Virus record (IMG/VR): IMGVR_UViG_2690315994_000022
From: a virus
Lineage: Duplodnaviria > Heunggongvirae > Uroviricota > Caudoviricetes
Length of the DNA stretch: 6,119 nt
Reading direction: 5' to 3' (one strand)
The notes beneath the pieces are model-generated. The model had not been told where the DNA came from. It did not search any database and saw only the letters and a list, made by a program, of their open reading frames with translations. Numbering within the stretch: the first letter of the stretch is position 1; every line of letters starts with the position of its first letter. The position numbers and the translations under genes were made by a program. Of the stretch, positions 6,036-6,119 are shown piece after piece.

Positions 6036-6119
6036 TTCATCCCCGAAGTGTGGTGCCGTACCGTTAAGTTTAGGAGAGATTTTACAACGGGGGAATAACC
6101 AGGACAAATAACCCGCCAT

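Overview
The window holds the tail-fibre/baseplate end of a prophage (or prophage remnant) in an Escherichia/Shigella-type chromosome, next to the chromosomal genes pphA and a yebW-like small ORF. On the minus strand a translationally coupled operon runs baseplate J-like (2777..3976), Mu gp48/YmfQ-like (2100..2780), tail fibre (997..2100) and tail-fibre assembly tfa (404..997); a second, inverted tfa copy enters from the left edge on the plus strand (1..432). A Pin/Gin/Hin-family serine DNA invertase (4168..4722, +) lies on the far side of the J gene. Two 26-bp gix/hix-type crossover sites are visible by eye: one inside the tail-fibre ORF at 1516..1541, one 55 bp upstream of pin at 4088..4113 that carries an ambiguous base. 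The main findings are assembly-linked. A 121-N scaffold gap (1636..1756) is flanked by an exact 113-bp duplication that begins inside crossover site 1, which is the signature expected when a sequenced population is mixed for inversion isomers. Second, pin sits on the wrong side of the constant tail-fibre part and the two sites are direct repeats, so this is either a mis-scaffold, a rearranged remnant, or a multi-site inversion system. The prophage/chromosome junction lies in the AT-rich spacer 4723..5186, where a 25-nt stretch resembles the 3' end of the sRNA SdsR (RyeB) as I recall it. All protein-family calls are from reading the translations; no database search was run.
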